NCBI GenBank assembly: GCA_000388065.2
Contig: KB932210.1
Length of the DNA stretch: 62,757 nucleotides
Source of the DNA: Fonticula alba ATCC 38817
Lineage: Eukaryota; Protista; Nucleariida
Direction: 5' to 3' (one strand)
Shown: positions 12,194 to 25,571 of the stretch, piece by piece
Layout: each line of letters begins with the position of its first letter
Position numbering within the stretch: position 1 is the first letter of the stretch
Program-made: the position numbers and the translations under genes
Notes under the pieces: model-generated
The model's input: the letters and a program-made list of their open reading frames with translations, nothing else
The model's database searches: none
What the model was told of the DNA's origin: nothing

Positions 12194-14331
12194 GATGCCC
12201 CCCGGCCCGGAACTCGCCCGCCCGCCCTCTGGGGCCCCCGGCGGGGCTCATGGCGCCGTCCCTTGCACCCTGGCCCAGGCTCCTTGGCTCGCCATCACGG
12301 CCCCCTGTGCACAATACACCCCCCCCCATGGAGGTCTGTTTCTGCCGGGCAATGGCGGCATGCTATCTGCTGGCCACTGGGGAACTTGCGCTCGCCCCGC
12401 CGGCCCCGATGGCCCGAGGGCGGCCTTGTGACCCTCCGAATCGGCCCCTCCACCAGAGGCGCCTCCTCCGGCGGGTGATGCGCTCGCACCGTCAGCGCGG
12501 CCAAGACGCGCGCCCGCCGACACAGAGGAAGCCAATCGCACAGGCAGGCGACCAGGGGCCGCGCCTGCGCGCGCAAATACTCTCCAAGGGTCTAATCTCC
12601 CCTCTCAGGGGGATCGCTGCTGGACCTCCGCCCGCGGGGGCCGGCCCGGCCCATCCTCTCGCAGTCAGATGCAAGCAACCCCCTTCCGGCGATGGGATTG
12701 CTGTGGGTCGCCTGGCATCATTCGGTCTCTCCACCCCCTGTCTCCGTCGCACCCGATGTCCTGTCTGCTCGCTCCCTCTTGCTCTACTTTTCATCCTCCC
12801 CCCCCCCAACTGCCGGCCAGTCCACATCTTCGATGCGGCGGCCGAGGGCGGCTCGCCCAGTGCCCGCCATCGACCGGGCAAAAGCCCCAGCGCGCCCATG
12901 CCCGAGCCCCGGGCCAAACGTCGAGCGCAAACGTGCTCATCGAAAGCAGCCCCTGGACACGGGAGCCCGCTCGGCGTTGTCCAGGCCCCCACCCGCCGGA
13001 GGGCCCAGCCTTGGTGTCTGCTCCAACAGGCACACCCATCCATCTCGCCCCGTCCTTCACCTGGAGACCGGCGGCTGTGCCGCCTCATTTTATCCCTCAG
13101 CCCGCCTCCGCCGTTGTATAGCGCGGCGGTTGCCATCTGAAGCCTGTCCCCGCGGACCTCCCCCGTTCTCCGGGTTTCCCTCTGACACCTTGGCGATCCT
13201 GCGCTTGGAGCGTCTTCGCGACATACCCTCCTCGACGTTCTGGCATGCCATCATGCCGAGGCACAACCATAGCCATCCTCTACCAGGACCATGTCGACCG
13301 GTCAGCTTGCCTCCCGTACGCCATAGCACCCGCCGCGCGGGCACCTTCCGCCCGGCGAGGCCCGCATCGACCGAGGTATCGCATGTGCCGGAGAGACCTT
13401 GGCGCTTGATGCGCGCGATTGGGCTCCCCTCGCCTGCTCGGCCCCAGAGGCCAGACAGCACACCGCCAACCAGGGCGCACACTCGCTGGGCCCGATTGCG
13501 CAACACTCGTCAATGCCCTCCCCTCGCCACCTAGCCATCTCCTATCACGTCGCTTCCGGCCCGAGAGTGACCGCGCGACACACCCAAGCCATGTATTCTC
13601 CTCGCTTGGTCTGTGGAGGCGCCCCCCTCCCCTTGGCAGGAGCTTCGGTCGTCGCCGAGATGATCTCGGGTAGAAAGCCCCAATCGCCACAAAACAGCCA
13701 GGCAAGCAATCGCTCGTCCCAGCGCGGGCGCTGTTGTGGCTCCTTTGCTCGGCGAAAGGCTGCTCCGAGCATACCGGCGCCCGAAGCTCCGAGATTCCTT
13801 TCTCCCCCTGACCACTGCTTGGCCACCCAGGTGCAAGGGGGCCATTCGGCGTACGGACGCCACGACACCGGATACCGGTTCTTTCGCGCACCTGGGACAT
13901 GGTTTCTCCAAGGGCCGGTCGACCAGCCAGCGCCGCCACGCAGATTCATGCGCACACATGCACATCCATCTGCCATACAGGGCTGCCCAATCGCATTGCC
14001 AGGGGCGGTCGGCTTCCACGCGCCTCAAATGGCACGCGCCCCGCCGTGCAGAGCCCCTTGCAGGCAGCCACGCCCTGTATGTCATGCTGGAAGGCCGGTA
14101 TCGAGCCGCCAACATGCCCATCGGGCCTGGGAGCCAGGGAGCGAGGCCATTGTGACAAGGACCCCACACCATGGCCCGTCATCCGTACGATGGCGGCCCC
14201 TACGCGTGGGGCATGGTCGCCCAGCACATGGGCCCTGCAGTGCTTGTCGAGACAACCGCAAGCAAGAACCGGTCCATCCCGGTCCTGTGAAATGCCCCCG
14301 ACACTCCCCCCACTGCACCTCGCCCCGTCCA

Positions 14332-14375
14332 TTGGCGGCCCGAGGCCCACCACGGCCCACCACGGCCCACCACGG
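14332..14375. repeat. Short 10-bp tandem repeat (CCCACCACGG) x3
   Basis: Visible at about 14345-14375. Confidence 0.7.
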
Positions 14376-15224
14376 CCCTCCCTCGGATCACGGAGGGCAT
14401 GGTGGAGGATGTGCGCGCCAGTCTGTCAGCATGGGCCACGCGCCTCATGGCTCGCAAGGGCACCCACCCGGAGCCAAGGTCGAGGACAGAGGCCGGCCTC
14501 CCCTTGCCGACGGGCCCCATTGGTTGTGCTGGCAGAGGCGCGCCGCTCCCGGTGGTGGCCATGTGGCTCGAAAGCCTGGCCCCTTGTCGGTGTCCCACCA
14601 GCTGCAAGCATCACCCCACACCGCGCGATCTTCCCTTCGTGGACGTGCGCCGCCCGGCGGGCCGCCCATCGCCGCCTCAACATCCATCGCGCCACACGGC
14701 GCCCGATGACCCATCCGAGGGAAAGCCTCTCGCCGGGTGTCCCCAATACTCGGGCGCGTTGTCGCTCTGCATGCGTCTTCCATGTCCGCTGGGGCCCTTG
14801 TGAGGCGGATGCCGGAGCCCACATCCAGCACACACAATGGCCGTTCCGGCGCGATGGCCCCGACCGGCTCAGCTGGCCAGACGACCATGACCCCCAAGGA
14901 GCCGGACCCATCCACACGGCCTCGCCGCCCTCTCTCCGGAGAAAGTCGCCTCCTGGCCGGCCCGGCTATCAACCACCGCAAAGTCCATAGCTCCACTCCC
15001 GTCCAGCCCCTTATGGGGATCTCCAACGTGGTCGGGCTCCGTGCAAGGCGCCTCCTCGTGGTCTCCCTGCCTCCCTTTCAGTGAGAATCCCCAGGCATCT
15101 CGGGTGCAGATGCCGTGCGTCCGATCGCGGTATGAGACGTGACAAGCGAACCGGGCAGGAGGGCTTATGTGGGATGTGGTGCGACGTTGTCTTGAGTCAA
15201 CAATGAATCCCACATGCGACCACT

Positions 15225-18200
15225 CTACTCCACGGAGGTTGTCAGTTCCTCAAGCCACGGAGCAGCTGTGGCCTCACCAAGGAAGGGGCGCATCTCCCTC
15301 TCTCTGCGTCTCAATGATAAAGCGCACCCGAAACCGACCGCGTACAGCAGGCTGATCCCTGCATGTGTCCATGCAGTGAAAAAAGGCCCCGCCCCGAGTG
15401 ATTCTACACTCGCCATTCGACCGAAGTCCCGCCATCCGACAAGCACCTTGATCCCTGCATCACCCATGGGTGCTGGAGAGGTCCCCTCGGGCGAGGGCTC
15501 CTGCCCGAGCGACTCCGGGCATTCGTGCGATGCCCCATGCTCGACCGCCTCGGCCTCCTGACCGCAGGTCTGCCTGACACATCAGCTCCAAAGTACAGGG
15601 CATAGGCACGCAAAAAAGCATCGTCTATTGAAAGGCAGCACCACCGGGCAGGGGCCCACCGCTGTCTCGGACGAAAGCCCAGCCCACGGATGAGCTCGTA
15701 CAATGGGAAACCCACCCAAGGGTACTACTACACAAACACAGGGTGTCAGGAGCCCAGCATGGGCGCACCCAGGGGGGGGGGGGAGGCAAAAACCGGCGGA
15801 AAAAAGACCTCCCAAAGGCGAGCCCGGCCGCATTCTTCACGACTCATGCAGCCATGGCTCCAAGTGCTACATTCTACTGCTCGTCCTTGACAGTCAGGCT
15901 GCTCACGACGGAGGTAAGAGCATGAGCCGAATACTGAGACCACCACCACCCAAGCGACTGTGAGTGACACGGTCACATTCAACACAAAGGGGGAAAATCG
16001 AGCGCGAGGCATCGTGGCCAGGTAAAAGTGACCAGGCGCAATGAAAAAAAAAAAAAAAAAAAAAAGATGTTCCCGCGCACGTTGTTGTCGGAGACTGAAG
16101 GGGACAAACAAACACTTCGGTTAATAAGGCACATGTGCGTAGATGGGCAATCGCAGCCGAAAGCAACTCCACCAACACCCACGATCAACGCACAGTGACG
16201 GTACACCGCCAGAATCGGCATGCGATCCTAAGAACGTGACAGCGCGGCGATTTGACCCACAGTTAGAAGACGAATCCCCGACCCATCGACGCACGTACAG
16301 ATGTCCCACACACACACACACACACACGCAAGAACATGATTGCAAAGGGACTGACAGAGGTAAAGGCTCCCGCGGCCGATTTGTCCCCTTGGCGGGCACA
16401 AGGCAAGATCCCATCCGCCGTTCGAACACCGAAACGAGCGGCGCGGAAATGCAAAACAACCCTCGACTACGTACGGGAAGATATTCATTGACAAACTTGA
16501 TGGTCCTGTAGATGTGGTCCTCTTCCTTGGTCTCACTGTCCTCGCCAAATAGCTGGCACACCTTGGCAAAGCGAACTTCTCGAAGGCACGCGGTCAGAAG
16601 GCACCAATACTCCGTCACTCCCTGGTTGTGGACCGAAAAAAGCCACTCCCAACCCTCGATCACAACAAGAAGACATACCGAATGACAGGGCGAAGACAAG
16701 AAGCACACAGGTTTTCTGGGTTGGCATGGTAGCCCGAGCCACGTCCCACAGGGTGTCATATGTGAGTGACCATCGAAAAGCAACCCCGGAGAAAGGCGCA
16801 GGGCATAGGCACGCGTCAAGGCCGGAGGGCAAAGGAGCATCCACCGGCGGTTATGGGCCATGTGCAGGACTCCAAACATACACTCTTCTGCATCAATTCA
16901 TACAACCGCTCAGCGGACCTCACGGGCTCCATGGCCGTGCCGGGATTCTCGTCCAAGCCAGTTTCCAGGTTAATGTGAAGAACCATCGGCTTCATGCCAT
17001 TGCATGCACCGTCACAGGTGTGCTGGTCCAAATTCATCTCTTGGGGAAGGCGCCCGTTTTCGGAGACAAAGTATGTCTTGCTCAGGTCGATGATGGTGCC
17101 TTGACGACAGGCGAATCGACAGCGGCCACATGGCCCGGCGAGTGCATTATCACCGTCAATGCGTGCTCGAATAAGCCGAAGTGCCAAAATGCCCACCGCC
17201 AGGCAATCGACAGCCTCACCGGGGGGAGGGCCGGATGCAATGCACAAAGTAGGCCTGGCCCCGGGACCCGGCCCCCACCTCCACAGGCAGAAGGGTTACA
17301 TACCGAGTTGGTAAATGTGTGTATCCGCCTTGTCTTCATTCCGGCGTTCCTTATCCTTGTCCGACTGGAAGACTGCCAAGTACACAAAGGTCGAGACGTG
17401 TCGGTGAGCGGCCCGATGGACAGTGCGATTGGCCAGGAGGGGTGGTCTTTCATTTTTTTTCTTCCCTGCTCCAAGGAGCAGTGCTCCTGTTGCCTATCAT
17501 TGTGTCCAATGTATCTGGAACAAATGCCCCAACCAGCCCATAACGCACCCCACTTCCACACGCGCAGGGCGATTTTCCGGTCCTGTGTAGGCATTGAGAG
17601 CAGGAGGGCGGGCGAAGGCAAGCGAGAGAGAGAGAGAGAGAGAAATGCTATGGTCAGTAGAAATAGACATGCTCATTCCCCAAAAGTCCGCCATGCCCGA
17701 AGGGGCATTCCTCTGTGAGCGCAGCCCCACTTGGAAGAATGCATTGTTGAAGCGCCTCCCCAGCAGGCCGACTCAACGCACCGAGAAGCGCTCCTCAGCG
17801 CATGTCGTATCCTTCAAGGGAGCATCCATGCTCCCTTTAGCGCTGTTATTCCCGGAGCGAGGGCATACGAAGACATAATCTGACGGACGGAAAGGCAACA
17901 CCAGTTGTGCTCTGATTAGTAACCCTCGACATGGTGCCAGCCCAAATTTAACTGGCCATGCTGCTTCCACCCGTCGATGACTGGCAACGCACCCTCAGGA
18001 TCGAGCTTGGTAGCGGGATACTTTGCCGCCTTCTTGTCTGAGTCGGGTATCGCGAGGCAACACCGGCCACAGAGGAGGAGGCAAACGTGTCCGCGCGTTC
18101 AGGACACCGTTGGCACACGATCGCAGTGCGCACCCAAAGAGCGTCCACGAGCCGAGGGAAATGTCGGCGGTGAGTGGTTCGAAAAAGAACAGCCATCGAA

Positions 18201-18498
18201 AGACAAACAAGGCAACAGGGTGTCAAATCATAGCAAAGGCGCACTGGCGGAGCGTTTGATCTCGTGTTTGGTGCCCTGGATCATTCGAGCAAGCTCCTCC
18301 ACCTGGTCCTTGACATCTTGCTCGGTGGCGTCCTTGGGGAGTGTAAGGTAGACGTAATCGCCTGTGCGGTGCGCGGCCGTAGCCGAGCGATGCCATCGGC
18401 CGAGGGCGGGCACGTTAAAATGAAAATACATCATCGGTGGAGCTGCTAGGGACCGGCATCCCGGCGAAGAGAGGCCGAAGTGGCATCCACGTACTCAT
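15225..18498 (-). CDS. Intron-rich hypothetical protein gene (at least 9 exons), 3' end uncertain
   Basis: Exons 18498-18495, 18361-18245, 18037-17993, 17879-17782, 17582-17549, 17372-17304, 17099-16882, 16715-16679 and 16578-16475 join in one frame with GT..AG ends (MSDYVYLTLPKDATEQDVKDQVEELARMIQG...KIALRVWKWVFQSDKDKERR...HIYRTIKFVNEYLP). Further exon-like segments run down to a TAG at 15225. Confidence 0.7.
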
Positions 18499-21400
18499 GG
18501 GGGCAACGGCGTGTGGAGAGAGGGAGGGAGCGAACGGCGGCTGCTCAGGCGAAGGGGGAAAGGGCAGGTGCTTTCGAAGGGGAGGATGTTCGACCGGCCG
18601 AGGGGGAATGCGCTTCTATGGCGATGTTCCGATGGGTGCGGGACACACCGGCTCCTTATAAACCCCCCTTGCCGGCCCAAGTGTCCGCCTGCCCGTGGCT
18701 TCCGTCGTCCTCCCATCCATGCTCCCGTGTGGATCGATGGCTCCATGAATGGCCTGGCATCGGAGGGAAGGGTACAACCACCGCAAGCGGCCGGACAGCT
18801 GATCCCCACGCTTCCGAGCAATGACGGACAGCGGCCCTGCCCCGAGTGCCCCGAGGTCGTGTCGAGCGACCCAGTCGACACACACCCGACAGGCAGCCCG
18901 GCAGGTATAATGTCCCTCGCAGGAGGGGCCGCCATCCAGTGGAAGCTCTCCACCCGGCGTCCCTCCTTGCCCACCCTGGATCAGCATGTCCACTGGGGTG
19001 TGAGCGTGCCTTGTGCGACATGCCCCCTCGCGTAGACACTGTCTGCCACACCGTCGACATGGGCGCGGTCTGTTTCTCTGGCTATGGGCTGGTTGAGTGT
19101 GACCGAGTTGGGCTCCGGCGTGGCCGCGCCCCCTTCCCCGGCGGAGGATGGCATGGGCAAGGCCAGGGCCTGTCTGGAAAAAACGACCACCTCTTGGCGC
19201 TCGGCTGGGATTGCCCCGCACACAGGGCGGGCATGTGGGCTGCCGTGCGCCGGGGTCATGCACGAGGGGGCTGCCACGCCTCGCGTTTCGAAGGCGACAA
19301 AACCCAACGTATCTGGACCACATCAGCGCTGTGTCGCCTTCCTGGGCCATGGCCGCTCGAAGATCACGGCTGTGCTCTCGCGACCAAGCGTGGCCCTCCC
19401 CCGGCAGGCCCGGTGTCCAGTTGCCTGACATGGATCCGTACAACGCGAGCTCGCGTCGGGACTCCTCTCCCATATGGCCGGCGGTGCCCTCCCCTCCCTC
19501 GCGGGCCCTCAACAGCAAGAGGGCCCCCGACCTGTCTCCTCCAGCTCCGGACAAGAAGGTGAATGGAGAAAACAACAACAACAACAACGGGAAAAAAACC
19601 CCACAAGAGATGCCATCAGCTCGAAGGACTCCCTCTACTGCAGCCCAATCAGGCAGGACTGCAGCCCACAGAGTCAATTCGAGGAAATGGCCCAAAGCAC
19701 CACGCCGGTGGCTGCTCGATTATGGTCGCACGGGGCAGGCGCACGGGGCTCCTAGGAGGAGTCCTGCAGCTCATAGTTCGCAGGTAAGGCCTCCGGAATA
19801 GACCACAACGCCGGAGGGGCGGCCCAAAGCCAAGTCCCTCCGGACCCCTCCTCCCTCCCACCGAACGCCATCCTCCTGCCCATTGTGCATGTATGTGTGT
19901 ACATGTGTGTATGTGTATGTATGTGTGTGTGTTGGTCGGCCATCTTACTCCATTTGACCCGGTCTCTTTCGCGGCCACGTGCCGGGAGGGAGGGGGCGGA
20001 TGATCGGCATTAGGTGTTGTCATATGCACATCCCTCCTCCTTCCGCCTCGGTGCCCCTCCCATGGATGTGGTCGTGCGCGAGCGCCGCGATGGCGGGGTG
20101 AAGTTCCACACCTCGACGCCAGGGCCGATGGCCGGGCCTGTTGCGCGGCGCCCACCCCCTCGCGGCCCCCCCCGGACCTGTCGCAGGGCCCGTGCGGGTG
20201 CCCATGTTGATGAGGGCACTCGGGCCCCAGCGGCCCCCTGTGGTGTGCGAGCATGCGGGCGGAAGGGCGTCCTTTGTGGGTCCACGACTCGCATGCTCCT
20301 CCTTTCGCATGGGATAACCACAGTTCCTCTCGTCTCCCCCCGAAAGGGTACCCGCCTCGCCGTCCCCCCTGTGGACCACCTCTCACCTTGTGGAGGGGAC
20401 GAGGGGCGAGGCAGCATGTGCCCACCGCGCTCGGCACCTCGCACCCCCAGCCACAAGGAGCCGCATCACTCCATCGACCGGGCCGACGCCCCGCTCCCCC
20501 ACCTGGCCTCGGCCACAGGCATACCCCTCATCCGGCAGTGTTTGCCCTTGCCGGGCGCGGGGTAGCCCCGTGCAACAACACGCCCGGTCCCTGCGCATAG
20601 GGGCTTCATGTTTCCTTCCCACGATGCCTCAGCAGGGGAGCCGGCCCCCATTCAGGGGGTGGCCAAGTGCACACCCACACCCGGACAAGCCCGGTCCCAG
20701 GCGCCGGGGCGGGAGGCGCGGGGCGGCCCCCCCCCCCCCCCCCCGGAGAGGCCCTTCCCACCTGGAGATCGCTCGGCCCTCGAGGCCCATGGAGGGGGAA
20801 AAGAAAACAACAACAACAAACAAAAGGCATGGTCTGGCCCGGTCTCACTCGCTGCCAAGGCCAAGGCATCTCGTCTGTTCGCCGAGCATGCGCATGTGAT
20901 GCACATTCCGACAAAGCAGCCCCGCGGTGGGGCCACAGAACCCGGGCGTCATCATTCCGGGTAAGAGACGCAGTTCTAGACGAGCGCATAGTGCCAACGT
21001 TCAGGAAAAGAGCGATAAGTGCACGATGCCAACTCTACGGACGATCGCCACTGAGACACTATCCTCGGCAGGCCGGCACGCGGGCCGCCCAAAACATGAC
21101 CCTTAACTGGTCCCCGCTTATAGGCCCCGCATTCAGTTACACCTTGGGTCGGACTCGGGGCCAAGTCCGCCGTTCCCGGTCTCAGGCCGTCATGCGCTCG
21201 GTGACAGGGGCCGCCGGCGCCGGGGCCCCCACGTCGAGCGATCCCCGCTTGTGGCCTCGCGCCGCTGTCTCACAGACCGCCAGGAGGTGCCTGCCTGTTG
21301 CCTGCCCTTGCGACCCGGGGCGCCCCTTCCCGAGCAGCGGCCGGGCCGGCCTCATTCCGAATGTTGCATGCCGCATGGCCGGTCCCTGGAGCATATCTCT

Positions 21401-22857
21401 TGCTCCTAGTGTGTTGGGCATCGGGTGCTTGCCGGTGCCCACTGCGCGGTGCTCGCATTTTGGGCAAATGCCCTCGGCCGGGAAGCCGGAGGATCGTAGG
21501 CCGGAAGCCGGGCCACTCGCACCGAGGACGCCCGGGCAGGAGAGGCCCCTCCCCTCGTCAGGTGTGGTCCTCGGCCCTTGGAGCCTGGTGGCCGCCGATC
21601 GACGGCCCAACCGGAGCCACCGGCCCGGGCCGTGCGGGGCCGACATTTCGACGAGCACCCCGGCGGCGATGCACGGCCAGGAGTGCCCGGACGCTCGTGC
21701 GATGAAACCCGAGGCAGCGACGGCCCGAGGCCCGGCCAGGCACCGTGGACATCGACTTCCGCGCGGAGACTGCCCCGTGTGCCGTGGCGCCCGGCCAGGC
21801 CCGGGGCTCCGCCCCATCTTGGAGGCCAGCGCCGCGCCCCGTGGCACATGGCGCCCCCTCGGTTCGTCCTCGCTGAGAGGCCGGCGGCGGCTCCTGCACT
21901 GGGAACACAGAGGATGACTCAGTCCCTCGAACTCAGGGTCCCCCTCGCGCCTGCAGTGTGCAGTGGTCCGCCGCCGAGGCCAGGCACGGCCCCATCGCCG
22001 GGTGGCCCCGGCATGAAGAGCTCCGAGCATGGATCGGGATGCGACTGCCGATTGACCGGAGCCTGGTTCGCTTGTGCCTGCACAGGGGCACGCCCTTGCT
22101 GGCGGTGGTCGCAGATTCGCCAAAGCCCCGGCCGACCGGGCAGGCCGGGCCCTCTCCCTGGAGAGACGTCCCTCGGGCGTCGTGTGGCCCCGAAGCACGC
22201 GGCACCCCCTCCCCCGCCGCCGCTGGACCTCGAATTCGGACCGGGACCGGCGATCCGCCCACTCCACGGCGCCTGGAGCGCCATCACCGTTGCCATTCCC
22301 GCTCTCGCCGTGACACATGCCCGGGGGACTTGGCACTCGGTCATGCACCCGACCGCCCGGAGTACAGCGGATCCCCGGCAGGCCGGCACCGGGCATGCCC
22401 AGTGGTGTCCCCATGTCCCGCGGCATGCGGGTCTCTCGCGGGCCCTGGTGCTGGCCTGCCGGGGACCCGCTGGACTCCGGGCGTCCGGCTCGGCGGCCCG
22501 AGGGCCGGCCGATGCGCCGCTTCTTTCGGCCCGCCTTCGTGCGCGAAGACATGTCACCGACATGCCGGCACCCGCTCCCTGCGACAGGGCCCGCATGCCC
22601 GGTGCCTGGTGGGATAGGGCCTCGCCTCTCGCGAGGGGGCCACAGCCGGCGTGTCGGCCACTCGATCCGCACGGGAATGTGACCCGACGCACAGGCGGCG
22701 CGAGTGCGTGCTCGGCACCGAGCGTGGGCCATTTCCCGGGCATCCTCGCCCGCTGGGCGCCAACCACCGGCATCCGGCGGCCGTGGCGTGCTCGTTCGGG
22801 CGTCTGTTTCTCGGCCGTCGGGTTGCCGGTGGCGGAGACCACAGCGGGGTGTCATAT

Positions 22858-23420
22858 TGAAACGCTCGGACTGATTCACCGAGGCTTGTTCTCCGATATG
22901 GAGATCACGCCTCGGAAGAAAGCATTTCGTCTCGAGAGGTACAAGAAGGCAAGCGATGACAATAAAGCGCGCGCGGTCTTGTTGGGGGAAGCAAAAGTAT
23001 TTACATCAGAGACTACTGGCTTGGGGGGGAGAAAGCCAGGCCAAGGAGGCAATGACTATCCTTTCTAGGGTCGGAAGACATCACGTCTGAACTCCAGTCA
23101 AAAAGTATTTACATCAGAGACTACTGGCTTGGGGGGGAGAAAGCCAGGCCAAGGAGGCAATGACTATCCTTTCTAGGGTAGTCGTACATGGGAAAGAGGG
23201 CGCGGATGCCGTCCCTTATATAGGGGTTAGGCACATGGGAGAAGGAGCACCTTGCCCCTCTTCCCTGGCGCCGAGGGAGGAGGCGGCAGGGCGGGGCGAA
23301 GGTCTGTACACGGAGGCGCGGCTCTCCCCAAGAGGAGAGGAGAGCCGGGGATCCGACTTCTCAGATGTGGTCACGTGACAACCCGTGACCAATTCTGGGA
23401 TTTGGGCGGCAAAGGTTACA
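22858..23420 (-). mobile_element. Solo LTR, family C, copy 1 (563 bp), with 5-bp TSD CATAT; ends 34 bp upstream of tRNA-Glu
   Basis: Termini TGAAACGCTC...GGTTACA; CATAT at 22853-22857 and 23421-23425; minus-strand TATATAA at 23216-23222. Shares its termini and several internal motifs with 56168-56736. Confidence 0.88.
22993..23179. repeat. Exact 79-bp direct duplication inside the solo LTR
   Basis: 22993-23071 is identical to 23101-23179. Confidence 0.92.
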
Positions 23421-23454
23421 CATATTGGCCACCCAGCGGAAGCCCTTCATCTTC

Positions 23455-23527
23455 TCCCATATAGTCTAGGTGGTTAGGATACGTGGCTCTCACCCACGAG
23501 ACCCGGGTTCGAGTCCCGGTATGGGAA
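23455..23527 (+). tRNA. tRNA-Glu(CTC)
   Basis: Cloverleaf TCCCATA...TATGGGA-A; anticodon arm CGTGG-CTCTCAC-CCACG; TTCGAGT T-loop; T-run downstream. Confidence 0.96.
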
Positions 23528-23579
23528 TTCTTTTGGACCGGGGCCGTCCTTTTGATCGCCGAGCGAGCAAAATGGAAGC

Positions 23580-23653
23580 TGACCATGATGCGGCTCGAAC
23601 ACACAACCTCCTGATCCGTAGTCAGGTGCTCTATCCAATTGAGCTACACGGCC
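23580..23653 (-). tRNA. tRNA-Arg(ACG), copy 1
   Basis: GGCCGTG...CATGGTC-A; anticodon arm CCTGA-CTACGGA-TCAGG. Confidence 0.95.
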
Positions 23654-24792
23654 ATGCATGTCGGCCCTCCGCGAGGCTACATCTCGCTGTGCGCTTTGTG
23701 CCGATGTCGCCGGGTGGCCGGGCCCGCGCCGACCGGCCGACCCCCCCCCCCCCCCCCCCCCCCGGCACGCATCCCCACCCATGTCCCCGCTGCTGCCCGG
23801 GCCGAAGAAGCCCCCACACTCACGTCCCCACCGGGCAGGCATCCCGGCGCGATCCGCCGGCGGCGTATGTGCCCTGCTCGTGGGTGACGCCGAGGCCGCT
23901 GTCCTCCCGAGAGACCCGCCACCGGCTCGGGCGCCGGGCCCGGGGCCGGGGGACGCAGCACGGCGGGTCGCCTCGGCGCACCGGAGCCCCTGGTGCAGGT
24001 CTGCGCCCCCGAGCATGGGGGCCCGGTCTCCGCAAACACGCCGCCCCAGGAGGGCCCCACCCGGGCCGGCTCCCCTCGCCGTGGCGCCTGACAGCAAGCC
24101 CGCACCGCGGTTTCATTCGTGAAGCACAGACGTCAGCCTGGCTCAAGCCGGCCCCGGGGCGGGGCCTTCGCGCAGGCATACCGGCCCCCCGGGCGATGGC
24201 ACATCCTGCCGGGGGCCCCTGCTGAGGGACAGCCGGCCCGCCCGAGCCAGCGGACACGTTCCCCTGCCGGCTGGATCGCCCGGCGGCCCGCATGCATGGC
24301 CCGGCGTCGTGGTTGCCCCGCTCGTCGGCGGGGGCGGTCTTGCTCCGCAGGGGCCAGCGGCCACGGCGAGGCCCTTCTCGACCCTGGCACGCCATCTCGC
24401 CGAGCCAAGCACTCGAGGCGCCACGGCACCATATGAAAGCGCCCACGGGGGAGGCATGTCGGCGTCCAGGCAAGGGCCGTGGCCCGGGCCACGCTCCGGG
24501 ACAGGCATCCCTCAGGTGGTGGCCCCCTTCCCAGCCGGACGAGACGAGGCAGGGTCCTGCGCCGGGCATGGACGACTTTCGCCCCTTGGCACGATGCCAG
24601 GAGATGTGGACACACTTTTGTGCACATCGGTGGAGAGGGCGGCCCAAGTGCGCCAAATGCGCCAGCCAGGCGCGGGCCTGGGCGAATCTCCGCCGAGAGG
24701 CCGCCGCCCAGATCGAGCAGAGCACCGGCGAGCAGGCAAGCGGGGCACACACCAGGCGGCGTGCCAGGCGCGGTTGCTCTCGGCGGGCAACC

Positions 24793-24800
24793 TATAAAAG
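24793..24800 (+). promoter_or_regulatory. TATA box (TATAAAAG) at -37..-30 of tRNA-Ile
   Basis: Canonical TATA sequence at the TFIIIB position in otherwise GC-rich DNA. Confidence 0.65.
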
Positions 24801-24829
24801 TCCGGCGCCTCCCATACAGTCTAACCGGA

Positions 24830-24903
24830 GGCCCCATAGCTCAGTTGGTTAGAGCGTCGTGCTAATAACGCGAAGGTCGTCAGTTCGATCCTGGCTGGGG
24901 CCA
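24830..24903 (+). tRNA. tRNA-Ile(AAT)
   Basis: GGCCCCA...TGGGGCC-A; anticodon arm TCGTG-CTAATAA-CGCGA. Confidence 0.96.
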
Positions 24904-25102
24904 CTTCCTTTTGCCGCACCGACGCGCGGCATTGTTTTCCCCCCCCGGCTGCCAGCCGCGAGCAGGCAGAGGGGCACAATACGCCGGTGGCCGGGTCCGC
25001 TGGCTGGAGGCGTGCCCCTCTCCCGGGCACATTATTTTGGATGGCCCTGCGGGCGCGCGGGAGGGCGACATTTCGCCGGCAAAAACAAACAAAAGGAAGA
25101 TG

Positions 25103-25184
25103 CATCACCGGCAGGATTTGAACCTACGCGGGCAGAGCCCATCCGATTTCTAATCGGACTCCTTAACCACTCGGACACGGTGAT
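25103..25184 (-). tRNA. tRNA-Ser(AGA)
   Basis: ATCACCG...CGGTGAT-G; anticodon arm TCCGA-TTAGAAA-TCGGA; long variable arm GGGC-TCT-GCCC. Confidence 0.96.
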
Positions 25185-25499
25185 ATGAGGATGAACGGGC
25201 CACGGGTGGTACATGTTTGTTTGCACCTGGCCTGCCCATGTGTCTGGTGCTCGGTCGCCCGGCCAAGGGGGATTTACCGCGGAGCCTGGCGCCGGCCCCC
25301 ATCGAGCCGCCCCGCGGCTGGTGCCTCCGTGTCGCGAGGCCAGGCCGTGCCCGCCCCGCCAGCCTCATCATCCACCCTTCCGGGGGGGCTGATTTTCTTC
25401 CCCCATTACCCCCGGAGCCGGGGGCGATGCACGGCCGCCCCCCACCCGCCTCAGTCGTACCCAACAAATGGCTCCCGAGCTGCCCCCTTCAACACCGCT

Positions 25500-25571
25500 G
25501 CTCGTTTAGCTCAGTGGTAGAGCGCCAGTCTAGTAAACTGGAGGTCGGGTGTTCGATCCACCCAATGAGCA
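25500..25571 (+). tRNA. tRNA-Thr(AGT)
   Basis: GCTCGTT...AATGAGC-A; anticodon arm CCAGT-CTAGTAA-ACTGG. Confidence 0.96.

Noticed and set aside
12300-15100. Overlapping ORFs up to 436 aa
   Set aside because: No recognisable domain, codon pattern or exon chain.
19148-19801. ORF with a poly-Asn stretch (NGENNNNNNGKK)
   Set aside because: The poly-Asn comes from an AAC microsatellite and there is no other support for coding.
20391-21141. Possible LTR ending GTTACA with CCTTG on both sides
   Set aside because: No homology to families A-C, no TATA, and no adjacent tRNA; the match is plausible by chance.
22850-23380. Alternative LTR boundaries TGTCA...TGACA
   Set aside because: No TSD. The 22858-23420 boundaries give a perfect TSD and match the second copy's termini.
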